From the NCBI GenBank assembly GCA_963695555.1, contig CAVOGR010000007.1, positions 608,001 through 672,000 of the forward strand: 64,000 bases of DNA, written 5' to 3'. A program made the translations under genes and the position numbers. This stretch comes from an uncultured Gemmatimonadales bacterium (GTDB taxonomy: Bacteria > Gemmatimonadota > Gemmatimonadetes > Gemmatimonadales > GWC2-71-9). This document shows, piece by piece, positions 38,229 to 49,300 of the stretch. Every line of letters starts with the position of its first letter. The first letter of the stretch is position 1. Under the pieces are notes generated by a model that was not told the origin of the DNA, searched no databases, and saw nothing but the letters and a program-made list of their open reading frames with translations.

Positions 38229-38256
38229 AGTATACCACCCCGTCATATGAGGTCAA
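38229..38256 (-). promoter_or_regulatory. Candidate sigma70 promoter of Oar-like TBDR
   Basis: TTGACC-N16-TATACT on the minus strand, about 210 bp upstream of the ATG. Confidence 0.55.
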
Positions 38257-38345
38257 GGACGGGTTTCGGAGCCGTTACAGGCCAGCTGGGGCCCGATAAC
38301 GGCCACTTTGGAGGGCCCACGATTGCCGGCCAAAAGTCCCCATTC

Positions 38346-39762
38346 TCACAGCACGAAACCGAACACCACGAACAGCACTAACGCCCCCGACGCCGTTATC
38401 AGGGCATACGGCAACTGGGTTCGCACGTGGTCGATATGATCGGTGGCCGAGGCCATGGAGGCCACAATGGTGGTGTCGGATATGGGGGAGCAGTGGTCGC
38501 CGAAGATCCCGCCGCCCAGGGCCGCCGCCAGGGTCAGGCTCGGCGGCAGGCCAAGAATGGCAATCATCGGGATCACGATGGGAATTATGATGGCGAAGGT
38601 GCCCCAGGAGGTCCCGGTGGAGAAGGCGATGAAGCAGGCCAGGAGGAAGACGGTGGCCGGCACCAGGCCCGGATGGAGCGCCGCCTGGGCCGCCTGGGCC
38701 ACGAACACCCCCGTGCCCAGGGCCCGGGTGGTGATGCCGATGGCGAAGGCCAAGGCCAGCACGATCACCAGCGGGATCAGGCCCTGGATGCCCTTGATGA
38801 GCGCTCTCGGTGATCTCCCCGATGGTCATGATGCCCTGGACCCGATAGATGACCGCCGCCAGCACGAGCCCGGTGATCACGCCCCAGAGCACCGCCCGCG
38901 ACCCGCTGCCCTGCATGATGTTGCCGTCCCCGGTCAGCCAGAGCACCACCGGCACCATGGCCACCATCGTGACAATCGGAACGACCATGTTGAGGGCCCG
39001 CTCCGGCGCTCCCGGTTTCTTCTGGGTCATGGCGACATCGGTCGCGATCATCGGTGTTGCGCCGTCTCGCAGCAGTTTGCCCTCTTCGCGCACCCGGCGT
39101 TCCGCCTCACGCATCGGTCCGATGTTCCATCCGGTCAGCACCACGATCAGCGCGAGCACGATGGCCAGGATGGCGTAGAAGTTGAGCGGGAGCGCCGCCA
39201 CCAGGAGCGGCACCGGGTTTTCGACCCCTTGGGCCATGAGCAGCCCGATGACGTAGGCGCCCCAGGCGTTGAGCGGGATCAGGATGCACTTGGGCGAGCA
39301 GGTGGCGTCGATGATGTAGGCCAGCTTCTCGCGCGAGATCCGGCACTTGTCGAACAGGGGCCGCGCCACCGACCCCGCCACCAACAACCCGAAGTTCGAC
39401 TCGAGAAACACTGCCATGCTCACGAGGATGGTGATGATCCCAACCGACCGCGGCGACTTGGCCAGCCCCTGCCGTTCGACCCACGTGATGAAGCCTTCCA
39501 TCCCGCCGGACAGCTGGGTGAAGATGATCATCGCCCCGATGAGGGCACTGAACAGCAAGGTGCGCGCGTTGTCGGGGTCGGTCACCGCGGCCACGAACAC
39601 GTCGACCGACTGGATCAGGCCGGCGAGCGGATTCCAGCCGTTCATGATGGTCCAGCCGAGCAGGATGTAGAGGCCGAGCGACAGATAGACCTGCTTGGTC
39701 TTGATGGCGAGGCCGATGGCGACGATGGGCGGAAGAATCGATAGCCAGCCGATGGTTTCCAT
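38346..39762 (-). CDS. Na+/H+ antiporter NhaC-family transporter (apparent +1 frameshift near 38805)
   Basis: WLSILPP, SREKLAYIID, FSTGTSWGTF, GDHCSPISDTT, HVRTQLPY split over two frames. Confidence 0.85.
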
Positions 39763-39963
39763 GCACCGCTCGAGGTAAAGATCGGGAAGAGAGTCGCGGC
39801 CGTTAAGGCGAACGCGGCCGCTCGGCGTGGCAAGACCGGTCAATATGGCGTCCGGACGATAGGCTTGACAAGGTCGGGCCGGCCGCCGTTTCTTGGTCCG
39901 GCCGGTGCAAGGTCGCGAGACGCCGGCCCGAAACGACCAATAGCCAATAGCTGACGGCGACCA

Positions 39964-40866
39964 ATGACATCCTACACTCTCCTTCGACGAACCGCCTACA
40001 CCGCGGTCGCTCTTTCGTTCGCGTTGATCGTGCTCGGCGGCATCGTCCGGATCACCGGCTCCGGCATGGGCTGCGGGGAGCACTGGCCCAAGTGCAACGG
40101 CGAGTGGTTCCCGCCGCTCGACCTGCCCACGTTCATCGAGATCTTCCACCGCTGGGTGGCGGCCCTGGTGAGCGTCGCGGTCCTGGTCACGGGGGCCGTG
40201 GCCTGGCGCCGGCACCGACACGAGCCCCGGCTGCTCGTGCCGGCCACGCTCGCCGTCCTGCTCTTGATTAGCCAGGTCCTGCTCGGCGCGGTGACCGTCA
40301 AGCTCGAGCTGCCTCCGGCAGTGGTGATCGTGCACTTCGTGAATGCGCTGTTGCTGTTGACGGCCGTGCTGGTGACGGCCCTCCGGGCGAGCCCGGAGCC
40401 GGCAATACCTCCTCCGGCCCAACGCCACCCGCTCCATCGCCTGGCCTGGGTCACGGCGCTCACCGGCTTTGCTACGGTCATCCTGGGGGCCTACGTGGCC
40501 AATCTGAACGCCGGCCCCGCGTGCCTGGGCTTCCCGCTCTGTCGGGGCGGAATCCTGCCACCGCCGGACCCGCTGGCCCATGTGCACCTGACCCATCGGA
40601 TCGTGGCCTACGCCTTCTTCGTCCTGCTCGTGGTGCTGGTCGTGAGGGCCACGAAGCGCGCGGACGCCGAGTCGCGGAGCTTCAAGCTGAGCGCCGTTGC
40701 TGCCCTGATGCTTGCCATCGTCCAGATCGGCATTGCCGCGGCGATGGTGCTGCAGTTCTTGCCGCCGAGTCTCAGGGGGCTCCATTTGCTGGCAGGAACG
40801 GCCATCTGGGCGGCCCTGGTGATCATGACCCACTACTCATCCCGGCCCAGGGTCTCGCCTTCATGA
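39964..40866 (+). CDS. ctaA: Heme A synthase (COX15/CtaA family)
   Basis: GGIVRITGSGMGCGEHWPKC, EIFHR, IVH, second Cys pair CLGFPLC, HLTHR. Confidence 0.85.
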   Translation: MTSYTLLRRTAYTAVALSFALIVLGGIVRITGSGMGCGEHWPKCNGEWFPPLDLPTFIEIFHRWVAALVSVAVLVTGAVAWRRHRHEPRLLVPATLAVLLLISQVLLGAVTVKLELPPAVVIVHFVNALLLLTAVLVTALRASPEPAIPPPAQRHPLHRLAWVTALTGFATVILGAYVANLNAGPACLGFPLCRGGILPPPDPLAHVHLTHRIVAYAFFVLLVVLVVRATKRADAESRSFKLSAVAALMLAIVQIGIAAAMVLQFLPPSLRGLHLLAGTAIWAALVIMTHYSSRPRVSPS

Positions 40867-41109
40867 ACGGATCCAGTCGCGCAGTGCCACGATAGTCAGC
40901 TGGCACGTCTCCCGAGGACCGGCGCCTCGGGGGCCACGGCCCAACTAGCCTCGGCCGGGGCGGGCGCAGTGGTGTTCCCGGGTCGGATAGCTGACGGTAT
41001 CTTGCAGGGTGGCGGCCACCTATTCCCCCAGGCAGCCCTCGACCAGGTCCACTCTCCCGCCGGAGGCCGAGTGGAACAACCGACATCTCTCGTTCGTCAG
41101 GGTAGTCCT

Positions 41110-42486
41110 ATGTCGCGAACCCAGATCTTAGCCAGTAGTCTGCTGCTCTCTGTTGCTCTGGCCGGTTGTGGTGACGACAACGTGACCGCGCCGCTGGAGC
41201 CGGAATTCCGCAGTGCCGTCGCATCGGCCAATCCCAACAATACGATCAGCGCCGTTGTCACGGTGACCGCTGTCCGGTACGACAGTACATTTGTGCGTTA
41301 CTGGCAGGCCGGCCAGCCAACGGGCGTCACTCCCACCTACCCCTTCGACGGCGACAGCACACTCCGCATACCGGTCCTCGGGCTGGCTTCCACCTCCGAC
41401 TACTCGCTCGAGACCAACGTCTTCGTCGCCGGAATGGCGCCTGAGGCGGTCGATACGACGGTCTTCTCCAGTGGATCACTTCCTGCCTGGATTCCCCAGG
41501 CGGTCGCAGTTGGCACGGATACTTCGCCCGGCTTCTTGGCGTTGTCCTACCCGGGTGGCCCCGTGATCGTGGACAACACAGCTCGTGTCGTGTGGTACAA
41601 GGACTTCCCCAACGGAACGCTGAACACCTTTCAGGCTCACGATAACGGTTGGTACACCGTCATGGGTTTGGGCGATCCGGCCGGAGGGTTTCATGTGTTG
41701 GACGATTTGGGCGAGGAGGTTCAAGTCCTCACCTGTAACGGGCGGCCAACGCGGTTTCACGACCTCCTGGTCGAGGCCGACGGGAGCGCCTGGATTCTGT
41801 GCGATGAGACCCGCACTATGGATCTCTCCTCCGTTGGTGGGGTCGCGGCCGCGTCGGTCACGGCGACGGTGCTGCAGCACCTCGCCCCGAATGGACAACT
41901 GCTCTTCGAGTGGAACAGTTTCGACCACTTTGCGATCACCGATCTCCCGCTGGCCGATCGGACGGCGAGTCCAATCAACTTTACCCACGGCAATGGGATC
42001 GCGATCGACCACGATGGGAATCTCCTCCTATCCTTCCGGAGCCTGAGTGAGGTCACGAAGGTCGACCGCACGACGGGAGACATCATCTGGCGTTTCGGGG
42101 GATTGCAGAACCAGTTCACCATTCAAAACGACCCCAAGGGCTTTTTCGAGCGGCAGCATGGTATGCGGCCCGCCGGCCCGGGCCAGATTCAATTCCTCGA
42201 CAATGGTTCGGCCCCACCGAGTCGCATGGTGCGCTACCTCTTGAACCCGGCCTCCGGAACGGCGCTCCTGGTCATGGAGTTCATCGACGCTCCGTCCACC
42301 TTTACGTCCGTCGGGGGAAGCACTCAGTATTTCTCCAATGGCAACGGGTTGGTCTCCTTCGCACAGGCGGGGCGCGTGGTCGAGGTGGATCCCGTGGGGA
42401 ACCGGGCCTGGGAGCTCACCGGAATCGCCAACATTTATGTGTTTAGGGCTCAGCGCATAGCGTCACTCTATGCGCGCGGGAGGTGA
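41110..42486 (+). CDS. Aryl-sulfate sulfotransferase (ASST)-like beta-propeller lipoprotein
   Basis: Lipobox LAGC; FHD, FEWNSFDH, FTHGNGI, LLLSFR, IIWRFGG, RQH motifs. Confidence 0.7.
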   Translation: MSRTQILASSLLLSVALAGCGDDNVTAPLEPEFRSAVASANPNNTISAVVTVTAVRYDSTFVRYWQAGQPTGVTPTYPFDGDSTLRIPVLGLASTSDYSLETNVFVAGMAPEAVDTTVFSSGSLPAWIPQAVAVGTDTSPGFLALSYPGGPVIVDNTARVVWYKDFPNGTLNTFQAHDNGWYTVMGLGDPAGGFHVLDDLGEEVQVLTCNGRPTRFHDLLVEADGSAWILCDETRTMDLSSVGGVAAASVTATVLQHLAPNGQLLFEWNSFDHFAITDLPLADRTASPINFTHGNGIAIDHDGNLLLSFRSLSEVTKVDRTTGDIIWRFGGLQNQFTIQNDPKGFFERQHGMRPAGPGQIQFLDNGSAPPSRMVRYLLNPASGTALLVMEFIDAPSTFTSVGGSTQYFSNGNGLVSFAQAGRVVEVDPVGNRAWELTGIANIYVFRAQRIASLYARGR

Positions 42487-42498
42487 ACATGTGCTGGC

Positions 42499-42549
42499 GG
42501 CACGAGAGAGGAGCCCCCAGCGATTGGCGCTGGGGGCTCCTCTCGTGCC
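42499..42549. terminator. Long hairpin between convergent genes
   Basis: GGCACGAGA(GA)GGAGCCCCCAGCG-ATTGG-CGCTGGGGGCTCCTCTCGTGCC. Confidence 0.7.
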
Positions 42550-42567
42550 TAACCTACCTGGATCCGA

Positions 42568-43620
42568 TTACGAATCGGCATCCCGGGTGATGTAGATCCC
42601 AATCCACGCCGGTGTTGTCCCGGCGAAGAGCTCCACGATGATCTCGTTGGAACCGGCGGTCAAGTTGGTCGTGACGGCCTCCGGCTGGTCATAGAAACTG
42701 AACCCGGAGCCAACGAAGAGATCTTCGTCGGCGCCGTTCGACCAATACAACGTGATCGTATATGTGCCGTCCACCGGAACGTCGAAGTTGTAGTACTTGT
42801 CTCCGGCTGCGTCGAATCCCGAGCCAGCGTCAAACGCGCAGGTGGTCTCTCCCACCGCGGCCGGCGTTGCCAGAGTCGGGGCGGTGAGTGGATCGTCCGT
42901 GCCGGGCAACGCCACGATGTTGGTCGTGATGTCGAGTTGTCCCGTCCCCGGAAGGGCAAGGGGGGTCGTGGGCAGGAAGCTGATAGCCACATCCGAGAAG
43001 TTCCCGCCGCCGCTCGATCCGGGAAGCGGGCAAACGGTAATGGACGAGCCATCGGCGGCCGCGCTCAGGATGGGCGCAACGAGCGAGATCGCGTTTGGAT
43101 CGAGCCCGAAGTCCAGAGCGGCGCTCGCCAGGAAGCTATAGCCCGCGGCCGTGACGGTGACCGCCGTGCCTGGGTCACCCGCGGCGGGCGTGAAGACGGC
43201 AGGAATCGCGGCGGGGATCACCTTAACCGGGATGTCCATCGACAGCCCGCTGCCCGACGCTGATAGGGTTCCATCCGTCCCGCCCACTCCGGACACGACG
43301 AACCGCGCCCGCGTCCAGGGATCCGGACGCGTTGCAACCCCGGCGGCATCGTACACCAGGTTGAACGCCGAGTCCTCGACTACGTTGATCAGAGGATCGT
43401 TCGAGACCATGGCGAAATCCGAGATCCCGAGCTCGTTCCCCTGGTCGTCCAAGACCTCGAGGACGACCAACTCGGACTCGCCTTGATTGACGAAGATGGA
43501 CGATGGGGATGCATCGACCTTGACCGCGTCTCCGCGGAGATCACCCTGCGGATCTCCCTTACAGGCCCATGCGCCCACTCCGATGGCGAGAACAGCCAAA
43601 CCACGCATAGTACGATTCAT
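42568..43620 (-). CDS. Hypothetical lipoprotein with Ig-like/PPC-like beta domains
   Basis: Lipobox AWAC; C-terminal DKYYNF...YTITLYW...DEDLFV resembles a PPC-type domain. Confidence 0.6.
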   Translation of the reverse strand: MNRTMRGLAVLAIGVGAWACKGDPQGDLRGDAVKVDASPSSIFVNQGESELVVLEVLDDQGNELGISDFAMVSNDPLINVVEDSAFNLVYDAAGVATRPDPWTRARFVVSGVGGTDGTLSASGSGLSMDIPVKVIPAAIPAVFTPAAGDPGTAVTVTAAGYSFLASAALDFGLDPNAISLVAPILSAAADGSSITVCPLPGSSGGGNFSDVAISFLPTTPLALPGTGQLDITTNIVALPGTDDPLTAPTLATPAAVGETTCAFDAGSGFDAAGDKYYNFDVPVDGTYTITLYWSNGADEDLFVGSGFSFYDQPEAVTTNLTAGSNEIIVELFAGTTPAWIGIYITRDADS

Positions 43621-43672
43621 ACTCATCCCCTCGTTCATGATCGAATGTTCCGATCCGCGTAAGACACAAGCT

Positions 43673-45136
43673 TCAGTGAGCGTCAGAAATCCGGATTGGC
43701 CCGCCCCGGCTCAGGAAGTCGACCCCGAGATACCTGCTGATGTCGACGACTCCTTCCTCCGTCAAAATATCGAGCCAATCACCGCGCGAGACTTCGGTCA
43801 AGTCGTCGGTGTAGAGCAGTTGATAGTTCCCGAGCCCCGTCCGGTCCGCGAAGATGTAGTACCGGCCCCTGCCTCGCTGGTACTGCCAGACCGTATAGGG
43901 GGGAGCCTTCCCCGACCGCGTGCGCGACAGGCTGTCGGCCGGTGTGCCGTACTTTGCGAACACACGCCCCCGGTCCGTGCGCCATCCTTCCCGGCCCCGG
44001 CGTCCCGGCTCGGTGTAGTGCTGATTGGCGTAGTCGATCGCCGCATAAAACTGTTCACGCGCCTCGTTCTTCTCGGTTCCATCCGTCGGGTCCCGGCCTT
44101 GCCAGAACTCGGCCAGAAACCTTCGCTTGGCTGTGAGCGAGAGGTCCTTGAAGACCTTGAGGTTGTCCTTGGACTCCGCGATGTAGTCCAGCGGTTCCGC
44201 CGCGGCATCCAGCTCCGCCTCACTCATGGTTGCGAAGTACCCTGCATCTCCCACCCGCTCGGTCGCCCGCTTCATCGAATCCGCCACCAGCGCTGCATGC
44301 AGCCCCTGCATCTGGAACGGGCGCGTCCGCTCGACTGCCTGATCTCCCAGAGTCAGGGAGACGCGCATCTGATACGCGCCCTCGGGCAGGCCCGCCAGGT
44401 CCATCTGGCCCTTCAAGACCCCACCCCCGGCAGGCACGCCGACCACGGTCGGCGGCGTTCTCACTACCACCTGTCCGTCCTGAGACAGGATGGCCACCGC
44501 CATGGTCCCGCTGGCTTCCTGCTCGGCATAGGCCTCCAACAGGTAATAGGCCTTGGTCCTGAGCGGCGTGAGAATCAACTCCTCCGCCGGCGTCACGATC
44601 GTAGTGCCGAACTGAATCTGCCCGGCGCCTGGCATACTGTCCGCCTCGGTCGCCAACCGCATCTCGGGCGCCAACAAGAGATCCGAGGCCACCGGATTGG
44701 CCGCGAACGCTTCGATGGTCTTCGTACTGACGAAGCGCCGTCCCGTTACCGAATCGGTGACCGCCACTTCCAGCTGGTAGCGTCCCGCCGCCAGCGGGAA
44801 TTCCAAGACCTCCAACGCTCGCGCGCCCGCCATGCCGACTGCGACCGGAGCGCGCCCGCTCCACGATTCCTCGTGAAGGGTGAGGCCCGCGGTATCGGCA
44901 ATGCGGACCGCCACCTGATAGCTCACGTGCATTCCCGGGCTCGCGGCGGTCGGCTCGAGGAGCGCATACGGAATCGCGACAAACGCCTTGCACCGGGTTT
45001 GCTGGAACTCCGCTCGATAAAACCGAACCAGCTGAATCTCAGGGCCGGCCTGTGCCTCGACCGTCCCAGCCGCCGCTGGCAGCATGCCGAACCCGGCACC
45101 GATAACTGCCGCCAGTGCAAGACGGCGCTTCACCAT
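43673..45136 (-). CDS. GWxTD-domain secreted protein
   Basis: Signal VEA|Q; EFWQGRDP, FYAAIDYANQHY, GWRTDRGRVFAKYG. Confidence 0.85.
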   Translation of the reverse strand: MVKRRLALAAVIGAGFGMLPAAAGTVEAQAGPEIQLVRFYRAEFQQTRCKAFVAIPYALLEPTAASPGMHVSYQVAVRIADTAGLTLHEESWSGRAPVAVGMAGARALEVLEFPLAAGRYQLEVAVTDSVTGRRFVSTKTIEAFAANPVASDLLLAPEMRLATEADSMPGAGQIQFGTTIVTPAEELILTPLRTKAYYLLEAYAEQEASGTMAVAILSQDGQVVVRTPPTVVGVPAGGGVLKGQMDLAGLPEGAYQMRVSLTLGDQAVERTRPFQMQGLHAALVADSMKRATERVGDAGYFATMSEAELDAAAEPLDYIAESKDNLKVFKDLSLTAKRRFLAEFWQGRDPTDGTEKNEAREQFYAAIDYANQHYTEPGRRGREGWRTDRGRVFAKYGTPADSLSRTRSGKAPPYTVWQYQRGRGRYYIFADRTGLGNYQLLYTDDLTEVSRGDWLDILTEEGVVDISRYLGVDFLSRGGPIRISDAH

Positions 45137-45200
45137 GTATACCTGCCTTGAAATCCCGGTCGGGGGGTCCGAGAACCCCCCGCCGAGGTTCCGATAGTCC

Positions 45201-46325
45201 TTACCAACCAACACTCAGGGTGAAGAAGTTCGTCGGCCCGAGCACGCCCATGTACTTGTAGGCGTAGTCGAAGCCAACCTTGAACTGCCCCGCCCCGTAC
45301 CAGAGGCCACCGCCGAACGCGAGACCGCCGAGGTTTTCCTCGTCGGACAACGCGGTCACCAGGGTCGCCGGCTCCAGATTCCGGTCGCCGGTGTAGCTGT
45401 AACTACCGCGCACCGCCGCCCCGAACCCGGTTTCGCCGATCTGGTCGAGCGCCCACTCGAAGCCGCCGACAGCGCCGGCCCGATTGTTGGTGGGCTGATT
45501 GAAGTCGCCCAGGATCGTCACCCGATTGTTGGTTCCGGCGATCAGGTCGTACGCCAACCCGACCCGGAAGATCGTCGGAAGCGGGAACGCCTTGGTCCGC
45601 AACCGAGCATCCGCGGGCAGACTCGGGACCGGCTGTTCACCCGGCAGTGGATCCCGGGGGGAGCCCGTATTCAGGGCGTCACCCGAGTACGACAGGTTGG
45701 TGCCGAGGTTGGCCAGGGTAAAGGAGAAGCGCACCGGGTGATTGGCCAACATCGCGTGGAAGTTCGTGCCGAAGTCGACCGCGAACGCCGAACCATTGGC
45801 GTCGCCCAGCTGGTCGAACACGAACTTGGCGGTGATACCGGCGCTGAACCGGTCCGAGAAATTCTCCGCATAGGTGATGCCGGCGAAGGTCTCGTTCACC
45901 GAGTAGACCGAGCCGGTGCCTTCAGGTTGGGCCGCCGTGTAAACCGGCTGGTTGTCGAACCCGAAGGTACCCAGCTGGAAGCCGACGGCCCGCGCGCCAC
46001 CCGAGAACGGGAACGCGATACCGCCCCAGCTGTACTTGGTCTCCGCCACATAGTCATAGGTGCTGAACATCGCAGACGGCCGGTCCAGCAATGCCACGCC
46101 GGCCGGATTGTAGTACAGGGCACTCACGTCCTCGGCCAAGGCCGAAAACGCTCCGCCCAGGGCCGTACCGCGCGCACCCGCTCCGAGGAGCAGGAACTCT
46201 GCCGCCGTCGACCCATAGGGCGTGTTGTCCTGGTTGACCTGATCGGACTGCGCCGTCAACGCGACGGGCAGGCCCGCGACCAGCGTCGCTACCAGGGCCA
46301 ACCGGTGGAGGGTTGTGTGCATCAT
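45201..46325 (-). CDS. porV: PorV/PorQ-family outer-membrane barrel
   Basis: AAEFLLLGAGARGTALGGAF, ALYYNPAG, FAVDFG, LPTIFRVG, FDYAY, terminal W. Confidence 0.85.
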   Translation of the reverse strand: MMHTTLHRLALVATLVAGLPVALTAQSDQVNQDNTPYGSTAAEFLLLGAGARGTALGGAFSALAEDVSALYYNPAGVALLDRPSAMFSTYDYVAETKYSWGGIAFPFSGGARAVGFQLGTFGFDNQPVYTAAQPEGTGSVYSVNETFAGITYAENFSDRFSAGITAKFVFDQLGDANGSAFAVDFGTNFHAMLANHPVRFSFTLANLGTNLSYSGDALNTGSPRDPLPGEQPVPSLPADARLRTKAFPLPTIFRVGLAYDLIAGTNNRVTILGDFNQPTNNRAGAVGGFEWALDQIGETGFGAAVRGSYSYTGDRNLEPATLVTALSDEENLGGLAFGGGLWYGAGQFKVGFDYAYKYMGVLGPTNFFTLSVGW

Positions 46326-46343
46326 AGATCTCGACTCTCCGTG

Positions 46344-46379
46344 TTGGGAGGGACGGGCCGGAGCCCGCCCCCCACCCAA
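46344..46379 (-). other. Intercistronic stem-loop between CTD-protein gene and porV
   Basis: TTGGGAGGGACGGGC-CGGA-GCCCGCCCCCCACCCAA imperfect inverted repeat. Confidence 0.45.
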
Positions 46380-46383
46380 AGGG

Positions 46384-49300
46384 CTACTGGGCAAAGTTGA
46401 CGACGGTCATCCGGCCGACCCGTCGTGCGTCGCCGGATTCGATATGATAGAAATACACGCCGCTGGCGACCACCTGGTTGTTCCGATTCCGGACGTTCCA
46501 GTCTTCGAATCCGCCAAACTGCGTCGAGTTGTGCTCCAACAGGGCCACCAGCACCCCGCTCGACGAGTAGATCCGGATGATCGCTTGTTCCGGCAGGTTC
46601 ACGAACTTGATGACCTTCGAGACCGTCGTGGTCTCGAACTCATTGGTGACGTAGTACGGATCCGGCACGGTGTGGACCCTGGACAGGTCGTTCACCGATG
46701 CCGCGTTCACCTTGTTGGTCAGGTCGAACTGCACCCTGAGTTCGGTGCCGACCGCCGTCCACGACCGCGGCGGGTTGAAGTCTTGGTTGAAGATGTACGA
46801 ACCGTAGTTGCCGCCATCGCCGTTCCCGCCGACGATGCCGCCGATGTAGCTCCGGAGCGACCACACCGTGCCCGCAGCCGGCACTCCGCCGCCGGCCATC
46901 GCCATGGTGAAGAAGTCGCCGGACAGGTAGATGCCGAAGCCGGCATCCGCCCACACCGGATCGGTGCGGGACGCCGACAGCGACGGGCTGAACGGCACCA
47001 CCGGACCCGGAATGGCGGTCCGGCTGAGCGTATAGGTTGGCCCACCCGAGCAGTTCGCCGAGCCCGGGCTGTAGCCCGGCTGGTTCATCGGCGCGATGCA
47101 GTGCAGGTCGGTGTAGGTCAGCTCATCACGTGCATCGTACGACCCGGCCGACGGCAGTGCCGCCGACTGGTTCAGGATGCCCCAGGTGCCGGCCAGGTGA
47201 TCGGCCGCGAAGGGGACCTCCACGTTGTGGGTCACGTCGATCACCGAATCCACGGTGCCGCCGGCTCCCCAGTACACGTTGAAGTCGGCCGCGCGCCGGG
47301 CACCGCTTCGGATGCCTTCGGCCGGCCGCATCTCACCGCCGCCCACCGACTGGTAGGCCTGGGTGTTGTGGATCAGCGAGACCCCGGTCAGCTCCCCGCC
47401 GTTGTTGTAGTTGGTCATCGGGTCACCGCTGAAGTTGGCGGTATTCCCCGAGATGGGGTCGGCCATGGTCTCGTTGTTTTGCGGCGACGGGCCATCGAAC
47501 CACCGCGAGCCGTTATACGCGCACTCGCCATCGCCGCCGAAGTTCCGCCGGCCGTTCACACAGCCACGGCCGTAGAGCGAGTGATAGTCGGGGCCTTCCA
47601 TCTCCATCGACATGGCCCCGGCAAGGGAATAGGCCGCCGAGCCGCCGTAGCGCGACGCCAGGGTCCCGTCGACCTGAATCGACGGCAAATTGGCGCTGGC
47701 CGACTGGAGACCGATTTCCGCCGGCTGCGTGATCGGCAGCATGAGCGAAACAGCTGCACCGCCCGCATCGGCGGTAATCCAGTACTGGTGCGGCAACGCC
47801 GGGCTGCTGTAGGGCGAGCCCAGGACGATGCTATCCAGCCGGGCGGTCAGCGCGCCTGGCTGACTCAGCACCTCTTTCACGAACCCGGCCAGGCCGATTT
47901 CCCACGCGTTGCTGGCGGGGAACGGCCCTGCGAACCGGCCGGTGACCGGATCGAGCGCCGGACTCGGCGAGGTATGATCCAGCAGCTGGTCCCGACCGAA
48001 AATACCGGCGATGACGGTGGCCTCGTTTTCGTAGTTCGAGGCCGGCGCCCGCGGCACCACCGCCTTGGTGTTCCGGGCCGACTCCAGGTTGGAGGGACCC
48101 GACTGCCACGAGTTGATGTCGAACGCCGTCACCGAGTAGAAGTAGCGGAAGTTGCTGCGCACGCTGTTGTCGACGTACACGAACGGCACGCCGGCGTCCG
48201 ACAGCTGCGGGTAGCCGGCGCTGTTCCCGGTTACCGCAGTGTCCGCCACCAGCACGATCGCCGTCCCGTCCGCCAGCGCCGTCCGCTCGCCCAGCTTGAC
48301 CTGGACGATCTCGCCCACCAGCGGAATCTCGACGAACTCGATTCGCGGCAGGCCGGGCGTGAACGGCCCGAAGGACACGGCGCAGTTTGCCGTAATGGCG
48401 ATTTCGGGGGCGCAGAGCACGTCCGGATTGATCTGGCCTGCATAGTCGCTGATGCTGGTGCCGGTGTAGTCGAACTGCGCGATCAGCTGCAGTTCGTTCG
48501 GCGCATCCACCCGGCCGCGATACACTCGGTACCCTTCCACGTCGAACTCCCGATAGTTGGGATCGTAGAGGGCGTTGGTCGGGTCGCTTGCCACCGAGAA
48601 GAACGGATCGCCGTTGGCCTCCGACACGGTCGGCCGCCACAGCACCGTCACCTGGTTGTCGTTCGGCACCAGGAAGAAGTCCGGCGAGTCCGGCGCGAAC
48701 GGCAGCAGGAATTGGGCGTCGAAGATGGCCTGGGCCGTCAACGACTTACCGAGCAGCGAACCGGGCACCACGAGGTACTCGTCCTGCGTCACCTCCCCGT
48801 CGGCATTGGCATCGTTGAAGCCGAGGTAGCCCGCGATGCTGTCCGTAATCGGCACGCCCGGGCTGGTCATGAGCTGCGGATTCCCGTGGATCGGGTCGTT
48901 GCCCACCACCTGCTGTCCTGGCGGCAGGTCGCCGCAGGGCCCTGCCACGCAGCCGCCCACGGCCACAGGGGCCGCAAAGATGTACGACACCACGATGGTC
49001 CCGAGCCCGCCCGGCGTGAGCGCCAAGGGGGTCGAGGACTGGTAGAACCGCATGTCGAAGTGCCGCGAGTTGTTCAGGTAGCAGATTCTGCTCTGGGTCG
49101 GATCGCCCGAGTTACAGGGCTCGTCACCCGCGGCCACGCTGATCTGGCCCGAGAGGTAGCGATACAGCTGGGTGGTGTTCTGCGGGTCGCCGAACTGGCC
49201 ACCGTTTTCGGTGTTGCTGTACAGCTGAATCGCACCGGCGCCGGTCGGGCTCTTCAGGTACTTGACCCCGACGAAGCCGCTGCCGGCAAAGAACGGCGCG

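Noticed and set aside
38275..40833. 852-aa ORF suggesting a large fused transporter
   Set aside because: N-terminal part is antisense to ctaA and the tail is out of frame after the frameshift; the real gene is 39762..38346.
19975..42549. Long palindromes as a REP/MITE family or CRISPR repeats
   Set aside because: The hairpins at 19975, 34791 and 42499 are unrelated in sequence and sit at gene 3' ends; no spaced repeats, cas or transposase genes seen.
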